A model generated the notes under the pieces. That model was not told the DNA's origin and made no database searches. It was given only the letters and a program-made list of their open reading frames with translations. This document shows positions 1 to 12,340 of a DNA stretch of 64,000 nt, one piece after another. Source of the DNA: Octopus sinensis (taxonomy: Eukaryota); contig NC_043021.1 of the NCBI RefSeq assembly GCF_006345805.1, positions 19,220,001-19,284,000 of the forward strand, read 5' to 3'. How positions within the stretch are numbered: position 1 is the first letter of the stretch; every line of letters begins with the position of its first letter. A program made the translations under genes and the position numbers.

Positions 1-196
1 TCACAGAACATGGAAAAATTCTATGAATGAATTAACTGAAAACACACAGACACAGACACACACCAAGTCTTTCGGAAATTAAAATCATCTCAAAAATGGA
101 CATCGAGGAAGTTGAATGTGAAAAAGAAGAAAAAAAAAAAAAAGAATGACAATTAGAAACGTTGGTTTTGAAAGACTTGTAATAACAACAACGTAC

Positions 197-400
197 CTGG
201 GTGGGTGGCAGAAACAAAGGTAGCAGTCTTGGCTTCTGCCGAGGTGCTTCCTTGGACAAGGAAGATAACTCTGAATTTACTTACTTCCCTCTTTATAATA
301 AAAAGATGAAAAAAAAATAAACAAATGCTGTTTCCATGCGATCGAATCACGATGGCGGAGGGGGGAATAGAGAAGAAGTTCGTGTGGTGGAGGTGGGGTG
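197..400 (-). other. Possible first exon/promoter of a minus-strand gene extending left of the window
   Basis: Minus-strand donors GAA|GTAAGT (boundary 285) and CAG|GTACGT (boundary 197); ATGGCGG (YY1-like) near 352; unique CpG-containing sequence. No recognisable protein. Confidence 0.3.
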
Positions 401-410
401 AGAGGGTTAG

Positions 411-1033
411 TACCTATTTCTTTACCACCCACAAGGGGCTAAACAGAGAGAGAGAGAGAGAGAGAGAGAGGACAAACAAGGACAGACAAATGGATTAAGT
501 TGATTATATCGACCCCAGTGCATAACTGGTACTTAATTTATCGACCCCGAAAGGATGAAAGGCAAAGTCGACCTCGGCGGAATTTGAACTCAGAACGTAG
601 CGACAGACGAAATACCTATTTCTTTACTACCCACAAGGGGCTAAACACAGAGGGGACGAACAAGGACAGACACACGGATTAAGTCTATTACATCGACCCC
701 AGTGCAAAACTGGTACTTATTTAATCGACCCCGAAAGGATGAAAGGCAAAGTCGACCTCAGTGGAATTTGAACTCAGAACGTAGCGGCAGACGAAATACC
801 TATTTCTTTATTACCCACAAGGGGCTAAACATAGATGGAACAAACAAGGACAGACATAGGTATTAAGTCGATTATATCGACCCCAGTGCGTAACTGGTAC
901 TTATTTAATCGACCCCGAAAGGATGAAAAGCAAAGTCGACCTCGGTGGAATTTGAACTCAAAACGTAACGGCTGACGAAATACCGCAAAGCATTTCGCCC
1001 GGCGTGCTAACGCTTCTCCCAGCTCGCCGCCTT
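411..1033 (-). mobile_element. tRNA-derived SINE family B, tandem multimer (about 3 body units + head)
   Basis: B-box GAGTTCAAATTCC repeated; core gcctttcatcctttcggggtcgataaa; 13-bp TSD gagggttagtacc (402-414, 1037-1049). Confidence 0.85.
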
Positions 1034-1056
1034 GGTGAGGGTTAGTACCAAGTGTC

Positions 1057-1712
1057 GGTACTACTTAAGAAGAGTGGTCCCGGTGTGCGCACTCACGTGC
1101 TCGCGCATCTGCGCTAACTGGTCGTGACTAGTCGATCCTGCAACGACTACCTAGCAAAGTAAATAAAACACAAAAACACAAAGTAAATGATTTTTTTAAA
1201 CAAAGTAAATAGGCGCAGGAGTGGCTGTGTGGTAAGTAGCTTGCTAACCAACCACATGGTTCCGGGTTCAGTCCCACTGCGTGGCATCTTGGGCAAGTGT
1301 CTTCTGCTATAGCCCCGGGCCGACCAATGCCTTGTGAGTGGGTTTGGTAGACGGAAACTGAAAGAAGCCCGTCGTATATATGTATATATATATATGTGTG
1401 TCTGTGTTTGTCCCCCTAGCATTGCTTGACAACCGATGCTGGTGTGTTTACGTCCCTGTTACTTAGTGGTTCGGCAAAAAGAGATCGATAGAATAAGTAC
1501 TGGGCTTCCAAAGAATAAGTCCCGGGGTCGAGTTGCTCGACTAAAGGTGGTGCTCCAGCATGGCCGCAGTCAAATGACTGAAACAAGTAAAAGAGTAAAG
1601 AGTAAAGAGTAAAACAAAAACACAAAGTAAGGATCGACTAGTTACGACTAGCTAGCGCGGATGCACGAGTACGCGAGTGCGCGCACCGGGACCACTCTTC
1701 TTAAGTAGTACT
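1057..1712. mobile_element. Mutator-like MITE with 81-bp TIRs and 9-bp TSD, interrupted by a SINE
   Basis: TIRs 1058-1138 and 1631-1711 (8 mismatches, all transitions); TSD ccaagtgtc at 1048-1056 and 1713-1721. Confidence 0.8.
1213..1610 (+). mobile_element. tRNA-derived SINE family A (about 400 bp, internal TA/TG tract, gtaaaaga tail)
   Basis: A-box TGGCTGTGTGG, B-box GGTTCAGTCCC. Other copies at about 14248(+), 15054(-), 21423(-), 26725(+), 34871(+), 37185(-), 38260(+), 40560(-), 47825(+), 48624(-), 49371(+), 52229(+), 56241(+), 58945(-), 61220(-), 61580(-). Confidence 0.9.
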
Positions 1713-1791
1713 CCAAGTGTCTAATGATATTTTTCGGTTCAGTCCCCATAACATTCAGAGTTCAAATTCCGTTGGGTATAACTTCTTTGCG

Positions 1792-2045
1792 TAGAGGCAC
1801 ATGGCTTAGTGGTTAGGGTGTCAGCATCATGATCGTAAGATTGTCGTTTCGATTCCTGGACCGGGCGACGCGTTGTGTTCTTGAGCAAAACACTTCATTT
1901 CACGTTGCTCCAGTCCACTTAGCTGGCAAAAATGAGTAACGCTGCGATGGACTGGCGTCCCATCCAGCTGGGGAACACATACGCCACAGAAACCGGGAAA
2001 CTGGGCCCATGAGCCTGGGTAGGCTTTAAAAGGGTGCATAAGAGA
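1792..2045 (+). mobile_element. tRNA-derived SINE family D
   Basis: A-box TGGCTTAGTGG, B-box GTTTCGATTCC, body gagtaacgctgcgatggactggcgtccc; two further copies in tandem at about 12378-12887(-). Confidence 0.85.
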
Positions 2046-2384
2046 TAATATAACTTCTTTGCCTTTTGTCTTTTCAGGATTATTACGGGGTGGAATAGGA
2101 TTGGGCTCACAATGAGGAAGGTGTACTGCATTTTTTTACTTTGAGAAGTATATTTTTGACAAATGTTCACAAACTTACAAAAACTATGTTAACTAAGCAA
2201 GTAACCGTCTCTAAATGCATTAAAAACATAAATATATCTGAACAATATTTCAGAAAATTATCACCATTCTCTTTGAGTATATAAAAGACAAATTTAGCTG
2301 GAGCAAGATGAATAAGCCAAGATAAAGTAAATTTGCCTCCTCAATTCTCCAGAATTACATTTGAAAACAGACTCATATACATCA

Positions 2385-2844
2385 TTGTTCGACCGTGGTC
2401 AAGACAATGGAATTTACTTTGTTACACCAGACTTCACGGTCCATCATAGCATTACGGAGGATGCCTGTATCCCTGGAGATTAAATCAGAGTAGGAGAGTG
2501 TGCGCCGTCTGGTATGACGAGCAGATGGCTTCCAGAGGAGAAGAGTAGAAATTACCTCGTTTTCAGCTCTACAACAATGTCCAGCAAACTGGACTCTTCT
2601 ACCTTTCACAAGAGATGATACAGATGGTAATTTCCCATATATTTGTACTTTGGTTGGATGACGCTTCCACAAGAGATTTTGAGCTCTCATAAGGAGGCGA
2701 GTGTAAGTTCCATCCAACCGCCTCTCAAGCTTCTTTGATAACGTCCAGGTTTCTGAGCCATATAGTAAAATTGGTTTGACTGTGGCTTTGAAGATTTTAA
2801 GTTTGAAATCTCTACTTAGATTTGATGACCAGATCTTATGCATG
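2385..2844 (-). mobile_element. 5'-truncated RTE/RTEX-like LINE (RT C-terminus)
   Basis: KIW...KATVKPILLYGSETWTL...RRVQFAGHC...AMMDREVW; near-perfect 12-bp TSD tcata(t/c)acatca at 2373 and 2845. Confidence 0.85.
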
Positions 2845-3070
2845 TCATACACATCAATATCTATCCTTAGATATCAGAAAGATCAGAAATGCAACGAAAA
2901 CGTTGAATATCTGGGCGAAATGAAAGAGGCTCATGGAAAAATGGTACATGATATGAAATTAATGAAATTCGACTAAATCAAAAAGAAAAACTCAACCTAA
3001 AATATACTCTATGGTTTCTTCACAGTCTGCTGGAGAGGATCTCTTTGGGATATAATTACTAACCATGCAA

Positions 3071-3293
3071 TTAAACCTTTCGTTACTGTATTTATTTTGA
3101 GATGCTCTGTGTTTCTCTCAATTATTTTAGATATAACAAAGAATTTAGTAAAATAACTTAGTTATCATTCAGCTAGATTTAGGAACAGTAATTGTGACAG
3201 AGGTTTCGTGGAAGGTTTTAATTAAAAACTTATGAAAACAAGACATTTACATTACAGAGCCGGTTTCAGCCGGGTTGGTCACGAAAGGGTTAA
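3071..3293 (-). mobile_element. piggyBac-like MITE (TTAA-flanked, CCCTTT termini, about 225 bp)
   Basis: ttaa-ccctttcg...cgaaaggg-ttaa. Other copies at 24891-25618 (x3), about 34250-34485, 53407-53635, 53648-53875, 55778-55997, 62144-62874. Confidence 0.8.
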
Positions 3294-4957
3294 AGAGATG
3301 AGGTTCCATTGAACCCTGTGGTGTGCAGCAAGTTGAAGAACATGGGGCTGCATGGTTGGCTCTTTTTGTTTGTTTTTTTTCCTCTTTCTTCCCCATAATT
3401 GGTTTGAATTCAGTTTTAGCAGGAAGAATTTGAAGAAAGTTCTCTGGTAATTTTTTTTCCATGTAAATAAATGTTTATGTTAATTTAAGAATTTGCCAGC
3501 AAAATCATATAAAATGACAATGTTCTAAAAGATGTCCATTTAGATAGAAATAAAAATACTAGATTAACGAGGAGAAAAAAAAAAGAGAAATTATTGAAAT
3601 AAATCATTACTCATTTTACCCCATTTAGAATTACTTTTTGAAAACTGAAAATTATCAAATCAGACATTAGTGTTGGAAAAAATTTGACCAGGAATCCAAC
3701 AGATAAAAGAATATTGATTGTTAACACCAAAAATTATCCAGATATTGTATTAGCAATCTTAATTATAATTGGGTCAAAATAAAGAAAAATTTCTTGAAGA
3801 AAAATATACCTGCCACCTGACTATGTTTTGGACTCTCTCAACTTCAACAAAAATAACTATGATGACCAATTTTTACTTCTAAAGATCATGCAGTAGTACA
3901 AAATGATGATGCAGTAGTTGCAATTTAATTATTCCAAACAGAAGGGAGAAAATAACGAGGAAATCAGAAATTACTCATTTTACCCCGATTACTAATTTTG
4001 CTTCCCCACCTGGAAGTCACAAGTAACTTCAGACATATAGAGTGTTATGTGAGTACATGTGTGTGTGTGTATGTAAAGATGTATATATATGTACATATAC
4101 ACTTATGGCTGCGTGGTTAAGAAGTTTGCTTCTCAACCACATGGTTCTGGGTTCAGTCCTACTGCATGGCAACTTGAGTGAGAGTTTCGTACTATAGGCC
4201 CAAGCCAATCAAAGCCTAGGGAATGGATTTCATCAATGGAAAAAGAAGCCAATTACATGTGTGTGTGTGTGTGTGAGTATATACACAAAGTGACACACTC
4301 ATATGTATGCGTATCTGTGTTTCCTTATCTTGACATTATGTGGTAACTGCATGAAAGTCTCATCTTCAACCAAGCAGTGTACTTCATTTCCAATCTTCCA
4401 TGAAAACATGTCTGGCCACCTCACTTCTAAACGGTTGAATGTTGGTGTCGGGAAGAGCACAGAAAATCTGGCCATAGAAAATCTGCCTCAAAGAATTTCA
4501 TCTGATCCATACAAACATGGAAAGATGACGCAAAAATGATTTTTGACAAGGGACCGAAAAATCTGGTGGTTTGCTGTGCTTCAGAACACTAATCAAGATA
4601 AGTAAAATCGTGGCCATCCATCCATACAGGCGTGTCCTTTACAGCTGTGCCTCACCACTTCCTCTCTCAGCCGAGAGGTCCTTGCCTTGCTCACGGGTGC
4701 TGGTGCTACATAACGGTGCCTGCGCCGGTGCCACATGTAAAAGCACCCGTGCCGGAGGCATGTGAACATCAAGCAGTATACTCTGGGAAATGGTGGCTAT
4801 TACGAAGGACGTCCATTCGTAGAAACCATGCCAAAAATTCCAAAACAGACAATTGGAGCCTGAGCATCTCTTCAGCTGGACAACTTCTGTGGAACTGGTC
4901 AACCTGTGTCAGCATGGAAAACTGACGTTAAATGAAGACGAGGATGTTGATGATGTA

Positions 4958-5013
<56 letters not shown>

Positions 5014-5169
5014 TACATCATCATCTTCATTTAACGTCATATATATATATACACCCATATTCATATACATATATACCTCATCATCATCATTTAACGTCCG
5101 TTGTCCCTAACCCTAACCCTAGCGGTTGAGGGAACCTGTGGAAGAGGTAGACCCAGGAAGACCTGGGAT

Positions 5170-5401
5170 GAGCTGGACGGGACGCCAGTCCATCGCAGCG
5201 TTACTCAAGAAACAGGAAGAAAGAGTGAGAGAAAGTTGGGGCGAAAGAGAACAACAGGGATTGCCACCACCCCCTGCCAGAGCCTTGTGGAACTTTTAGG
5301 GGTTTTCGCTCAATAAACATACACACACCTGGCCTGGGAATCAAAACCGTGATCCTCCGACCACGAGTCTGCTGCACTAACCACTGGGCCATTGCACCTC
5401 C

Positions 5402-5402
<1 letters not shown>
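5170..5402 (-). mobile_element. tRNA-derived SINE family C
   Basis: Head ggtgcaatggcccagtggttag...gattccc; other copies at about 36468-36760(+) and 59925-60088(-). Confidence 0.8.
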
Positions 5403-5437
<35 letters not shown>

Positions 5438-5586
5438 GCACACACATATATATACGTGTGTGTGTGTATAATATATACATATGTTAAAGAACAAAATACC
5501 ATCTAAGCACACTGTGTTTGAACATCTGTTACCTGTGCAGGTAATTCATATTCCAATACATTAGTTTTAATGTTTCTTTTTATTGA

Positions 5587-5890
5587 TCATCATCATCATC
5601 ATCGTCGTTTAACGTCCGTTCTCCATGCTAGCATGGGTTGGACGGTTCGACCGGGGTTCTGGGAAGCCAGAAGGCTGCACCAGGCTCCAGTCTAATTTGG
5701 CAATGTTTCTACAGCTGGATGCCCTTCCTAACGCCAACCACTCCGTGAGTGTAGTGGGTGCTTTTTACGTGCCACCTGCACAGGTGCCAGGCGGGGCTGG
5801 CAACGGCCAGGGTCAGATTGGTGTATTTTATGTGCCACCGGCACGGAAGCCAGTCGAGGCGGTGCTGGCATCGGCCACGAGTCGATTGAT
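5587..5890 (-). mobile_element. 3' UTR fragment of an RTE LINE with (GAT)n tail (family E)
   Basis: Motif ggatgcccttcctaacgccaacc + (cat)n. At least 15 copies, e.g. 6497-6982, 7930-8160, 9193-9545, 13105-13388, 27375-27600, 43560-43960, 50797-50957, 51566-52150, 55110-55310, 60585-61025. Confidence 0.8.
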
Positions 5891-6462
5891 GTAAAATTAT
5901 ATAAAAAAAATACTCTAAAAATAACAATAAGAAAGTTTCATGACATTTCTGGATTTTCTCATAACGGAAGTGGATGGGAAAAGGGGAAGAGAAACTCGGC
6001 CCCTTTACATCGTATATTTTATACACTCCTAATTTAAACCTTGATCTTGAGTGTGGAAAAGTGCATGTTCTACATAAAGTGTTATGATGGTTAACACATA
6101 TACACACACAAACACATACTACATACATATTACACATAAGTGTATGTGTATATACACATGTGGTATATGTGTATGTGTTTGTGTGTGTATATACATATAC
6201 ATACATATTTTTTCTATCCTTGTTTTTGTATACATTTGCTGCTTTCATCCAAGGAATCTAATACTCTTAGCTTAGTTTTTACCTTGGGGCTGGCCAGATT
6301 GGAGTAATCTCAAGTATAATCAGCCAAAATTGAGAAGATAATCTGGTACTCGACTGAGGAAAGAAAACTTTGAATGACCCATCCTTGCTTTCTTTGTATT
6401 GTCTATCTGGATGTTTTGTTGTCCCATTTTGTATTTTTATATACATGTATATACATACATAC

Positions 6463-6499
<37 letters not shown>

Positions 6500-7369
6500 A
6501 ATCAATATCAAATTCGATGACTGGCATCCATGCTAGTGGAGAGCTAAGAGTACCATACGAGTGAAATCAGGGCCAGAGCAACAAGGTGGCCTTCGTGCCG
6601 ATGGCACATTAAAAACACCATTCGAGCGTGATTGTTACCTGCATCACCTTACTAGCACTTGTGCTGGTGGTACAGGAAAAAACATTTGATTGAAGTTGTT
6701 GCCAGTGCCACTGGACTGGCTCCTGTGCAGGTGGCACATAAAAAGCACCATATGAGCATGGCCGTTGTCAGTACCGTCCGACTGGCCCTCGTGCCAGTGG
6801 CACGTAAAAGCACCCACTACACTCTCGGAGTGGTTGGCGTTAGGAAGGGCATCCAGCTGTAGAAACTCTGCCAGATCAAGATTGGAGCCTGGTGCAACCA
6901 TCTGGTTCACCAGACCTCAGTCAAATCATCCAACCCATGGTAGCATGGAAAGTGGACATTAAACGATGATGATGATGATGATATATATACACACACAAAT
7001 CATCACCATTGCTGTCATTAAATGTCCATGCCCCATGCTGTCATGAACTGGATGATTTGACATAGGTCCTAAAGCTGCATGTTCTTCCAAACAGTAACCA
7101 CTTTACAGTGTGTACTCTGTGTGTGTGTGTGTGCTCGTGTAAGTCATCTAAGTGTCCATAAGTCAGGAAAAAATGCCCTTGTATATCTGTCAGTAGGATG
7201 AGTATATTAATCGAAGTGTACAGTATAATATATCCATTACGGCCGATCTTACCAACTGGTTTTGCACTAGGTATTCAACAGGGTGTAAGGCAACAGTTCA
7301 ACTATGTAACCCTGTGCTCATCAGAGGTATCTGTCATGGAAGAAAATATGGTGGCTGCCCCCTGTTGCT

Positions 7370-7404
<35 letters not shown>

Positions 7405-8159
7405 TATATGCAATATGTGCATATATATGTGTATATATGTATGCATGTATCTACCTAACTGTGTGTGTGTACACTATGGTCTGTTATATAATTTTTCTCA
7501 TGCAATTATTTCTAAATCTGCTTATTCATTTTTCATATAATTCATTCCAAATTTGTACAGAAACCCCCACCCCTTACACACACATACACACACACCTGCA
7601 GACACACACCTATACACAGTCCTCCATATGCCTTCATCAGCTGTTCAGTGATCATAATGATTTTAGCACCCTCTGACGTCATCACCCTTTCTCGTAGCAC
7701 ACTAAGCAGCAGTGATACTATCAAAGAATCTACAGGTTGTTTTTATCTCACACTGAATCATACTTTACTATTTTTACATCTTTCTTGACTCATTCAGTAA
7801 ATCACAGCTACAACAACTGGCTGTACACAGCTACAACTACCTTACCATATTGTGGCTATTTCTTTGACCAGAGGTGGAGAAAGATTCATCTGTCATTCTC
7901 CTCTTTCATCATTCTTCTATGTTCCTGCCACATCATCATCATCATCATCATCATTTAACATCTGTTTTCCATGCTGGCATGGGTTGGATGGTTTGACTGG
8001 GCTGGCATGCTGGGAAGGCTGCACCAGGATCCAGGATCCAGTTTGGCATGGTTTTCTATGGCTGGATGCCCTTCCTAATGCCAGCCACTCTGAGAGTGTA
8101 ATGAGTGCATTTACGTGCCACCGGCAGGAGTGCCATTTGTGTGACACTGGTATCTGCCA

Positions 8160-8395
8160 AGGCAGCGAGCTAGCAGAATCGTTAGCACGCTGGGCGAAAT
8201 GCGTAGCCGTATTTCGTCTGCCGTTACGTTCTGAGTTCAAATTCCGCCGAGGTCGACTTTGCCTTTCATCCTTTCGGGGTCGATAAATTAAGTACCAGTT
8301 AAGCACTGGGGTCGATGTAATCGACTTAATCCGTCTGTCTGTCCTTGTTTGTCCCCTCTGTGTTTAGCCCCTTGTGGGTAGTAAAGAAATAGGTA
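8160..8395 (+). mobile_element. SINE family B monomer
   Basis: Full head and aaataggta tail; TSD ggtatc(t/c)gcca at 8149 and 8392. Confidence 0.85.
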
Positions 8396-10199
8396 TCCGC
8401 CATGACTGTGATTTTGTTCGGCTTCATGGGTCTTCTTCTCAAGCGCAACATAATGCCAAAGGTCTTGATCATTGCCTCTGTGAGGCCCAACACTCGAAAG
8501 AACCTCGGCCACTTTCACTCCTTGAGGCCTCAACACATGAAAGAAACTCAGCCACCTCACCTCCCAGCAATTTACCAATCTTTGTTTCTGTGAAATTGCT
8601 GCTGTTGCTATAAATATTCTTTCTTATTTTTGCACAAAGCCTACAATTTTAACACTTCAGTATTCTGATTTTTTTTTGTCAAACGTATATCTTATCTATT
8701 TACTCTTTTACTTGTTTCAGTCATTTCCTTGTCTTGACATCATGTGGTAGCTGCATGATGTCATCTTCAACAAAGCAGTGTACTTCATTTCCAATCTTCC
8801 ATGTAAACTTATCTGGCCACCTCACTTGTAAATGGCTGAGTGTTGGAGGAGTTAGGAAGAGCATCTGACCATAGAAAATCTGCCTCAAAGAATTTCATCT
8901 AACCCATGCAAACATGGAAAGATGACACAAAAATGATTTGACGAGGGACTGAAAGTTCTGGTTGTTTGTCATGCTTCAGAAGACATGTCAAGCTTAGTAA
9001 AATTGGGGTCATCTATCCATACAGGTATGTCCTTTACAGTCATGCTCCCTCACTTCCTCTCTCAGTCGAGAGGCCCTTGTCTTGCACATGGGTGCTGGTG
9101 CCATGTAACAGTACCTGTGCCATGTAAAAGCACCTGCGCTTGTGTCACATAAAAATACCTGTGCTGGTGCCATGTAAAAAGCACCTATGTCTCATCATCA
9201 TCATCATCATCCTTTAACGTCCATTTTCCATGCTAGTATGTGTTGGACGGTTCGACTGGGGTCTGGAAAGCCAGCAGCTGCACCAGGCTTCAATCTGATC
9301 TGGCAGTGTTTCTACAGCTGGATGCCCTTCCTAATGCCAACCACTTCAAGAGTGTAGTGGGTGCATTTTATATACCACTGACACAGGAGCCAACCAGGCA
9401 AGCCTGGCATCAAGACATTCAGATGGTGCTTTTTACATTCCACCGGCACAGGAGCCAGTCAGGTGTCCCTTGCATCAATCATGTTCAGATAGTGCTTTTT
9501 ACGTGCCACTGGAATCATGGTTGATTCCAGTGACTCCTACCATGTAAAAATCAACCAGTACACTAAACATTTTTCCTTTCTACTATAGACACAAGGTCTG
9601 AAATTTAGTGGGTGGGGTGGGGGCTTGTCAATAATATCGACCCCAGTTCACAACTGGTACTTATTTCATTAACCCCCAAAAAGATAAAAGGCAAAGTGGG
9701 CCTTGGCAGCATTTGAACTAAGAACGGAAGAAAAGCCAGTAAGCATTTTGTCAGCTGCTCTAATGATTCTGCCAGTGTATCACCTTAATCCTGCTCTAAA
9801 TATGATTTAAAATTTTGGCACAAGTTCTGAAATTTGAGGGGAGGGGACTAGTTTATTACATCACCCCAGTGTTTAACTGGAACTTATTTTATCGACTCTG
9901 AAAGAATGAAAGGTAAAATTGACTTTGGTGGAATTTGAACTCAGATTGTAAAGGCAGGCATACACTTTACACTTTTACTTGTTTCAGTTATTTGACTGCG
10001 GCCATGCTGTAGCACCGCCTTTAGTTGAGCAAATCGACCCCAGGACTTATTCTTTGGAAGCCTAGTACTTATTCTATCGGTCACTTTTTGCCAAACCGCT
10101 AAGTTACGCAGACGTAAACACACCACCATCGGTTGTCAAGCAATGTTGGGGGACAAACACAGACACACAAACATATACACACATGCATATATAAAGACT

Positions 10200-10510
10200 C
10201 CGCCGGTTACGACGACGAGGGTCCCAGCTGATACGATCACGGAACAGCTTGCTCGTGAAATTAACGTGCAAATGGCTGAGCATTCCACAGACACGTGTAC
10301 CCTTAACGTAGTTCTCGGGGATAACAGCGTGACACAGAGAGTGACAAGGCTGACCCTTTGAAATACAAGTACAACTCATTTTTGCCAGCTGAGTGGACTG
10401 GAGCAACGTGAAATAAAGTGTCTTGCTCAAGGACACAACGCGTCGCCGGGAATCGAACTCACAACCTTACGATCATGAGCCGAATGCCCTAACCACTAAG
10501 CCACGCGCCC
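10200..10510 (-). mobile_element. SINE with D-type head and alternative body (H)
   Basis: Same tRNA head as family D, body ...gagaactacgttaagggtacacgtg...; this body recurs at about 59780-59925. Confidence 0.75.
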
Positions 10511-10514
10511 TCTG

Positions 10515-10549
10515 CATATATATATTATATATATATCTATATATATATA

Positions 10550-10604
<55 letters not shown>

Positions 10605-10628
10605 CATATATATAATTATATATATATA

Positions 10629-10680
<52 letters not shown>

Positions 10681-10912
10681 TATAGACATATATATATATA
10701 TATATACATATACATATTATATAATATATATATATAATAATATATACATATATATATATATAATATATACATATCATATATTATATATAGATAGTATATA
10801 TATATTATATATATATATATAATATATATATATATAATATATATAGATATATATATATTATATATATTATATATATAATATATATATATTATATATATAT
10901 AATATATATATA
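10515..10912. repeat. Degenerate (TA)n low-complexity tract
   Basis: About 400 bp almost entirely T/A alternation. Confidence 0.95.
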
Positions 10913-10922
10913 GTTAAATATA

Positions 10923-11125
10923 GTTAATCCAACAAGAAAAAACAAGAAAACACAGCAACGCGAGGACGTGGAACAAATAAAGTATTATTGGACGCTCAGG
11001 AGAAGGGAAGAAGGAGGGTTTAACGTTTCGAGCGGAGCTCTTCGTCGGAAATATAGGAGAAGGAAAGATCCTGAAAAGGGAAGACAGAGGAAAAAAAAAA
11101 TCGCTGGCGGTACTCACGAGGTCAC
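10923..11125 (-). mobile_element. (TA)n-anchored short element (family G) with hammerhead-like motif, probably Penelope-derived
   Basis: Minus strand ccgacga-a-gagc-tcc-gctc-gaaa-cgtt; copies at 30152-30351, 41098-41275 and 47410-47597, each ending ggattaac or ggataac next to a TA tract. Confidence 0.6.
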
Positions 11126-12103
11126 ACATATATATATAATATATACGACAGGCTTCTCTCAGTTTCCATCTACCAAATCCACTCACAAGGCTTTGGTTGG
11201 CCTGAAGCTATAGTAGAAGACACTTGCCCAAGGTGCCATGCAGTGGAACTGAACTCGGAACCATGTGGTTGGTAAGCAAGCTTCCTAACCACACAGCCAC
11301 TCCTGCTAACAATTCTGCCTGTTTGTAGCCTTCTTTGCTCTAAATATGAGGGATTAAATGATTATTAAGTCTCATTCACTTTCATGGATGACTTGGTATT
11401 ATTTTGTCTCCTGATAAAGGCAGTGAGTTGACAGAATTGTTAGCACACTGGGCAAAATATTTAGTGGCATTTTGTCCGTCTTTACATTCTGAGGTAAAAT
11501 GCCGCCGAGGTCATCTTTGTCTTTCATCCTTTCAGGGTCGATAAATTAAGTTGTGTACTGGAGTCAATCTAATCGACTGGCCCCGTCCCCCAAAATTTCA
11601 GGCCTTGTGCCTCGAGTAGAAAAGAATATTTCTACATATCTAAGGCGGTGAGCTGGCAGAAACGTTAGCACACCAGGCGAAATGCTTAGCAGTATTTCGT
11701 CTGCCAATACGTTCTGAGTTCAAATTCCGCAGAGGTCATCTTTGTCTTCCATCCTTTCAGGGTCGATAAATTAAGTACCAGTTGTGTACTGGGGTCAATC
11801 TAATCGACTGATCCCCTCCCCCAAAATTTCAGGCCTTGTACCTAGAGTAGAAAATAATAAATTAAAGTACCAGTGAAACACTGGGGTCGATGTAATCAAC
11901 TTAGTCCTTCTCTCCACAAATTTCAAGTCTTGTGCAAAAAATTTGAAACCATATTTATGGCAAGGGATAAGTGACAAACTGACAGAGTTGTTAGCGCTGT
12001 ATACAAATGCTTAGTGGGTTTCTTTCTGGCTCCTTATGCCCTTAAATCAGAAGCCACCAACATCAACTTCGGTTTTCATCTTTTTGAGGTTAATAACATA
12101 AGT

Positions 12104-12340
12104 ACCTATTTCTTTATTACCCACAAGGGGCTAATCACAGAGGGGACGAACAAGGACACACAAACAGATTAAGTCGATTATATCGACCCCAGTGCATAAC
12201 TGGTACTTAATTTATCGACCCCGAAAGGATGAAAGGCAAAGTCGACCTCGACGGAATTTGAACTCAGAACGTAGCGGCAGGGGAAATACCTCTAAGCATT
12301 TCGCCCCACATGCTAATGATTCTGCCAGCTCACCGCCCTT
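12104..12340 (-). mobile_element. SINE family B monomer with 17-bp TSD
   Basis: TSD ttaataacataagtacc at 12090-12106 and 12340-12356. Confidence 0.88.

Noticed and set aside
1792-1870. tRNA-like sequences (A/B boxes) at many sites
   Set aside because: They are SINE heads continuing into repeat bodies; no complete cloverleaf identified.
3423-3446. Possible 24-nt microexon (EEFEESSL) with AG/GT flanks
   Set aside because: No + strand gene context upstream of the candidate promoter and no homology evidence.
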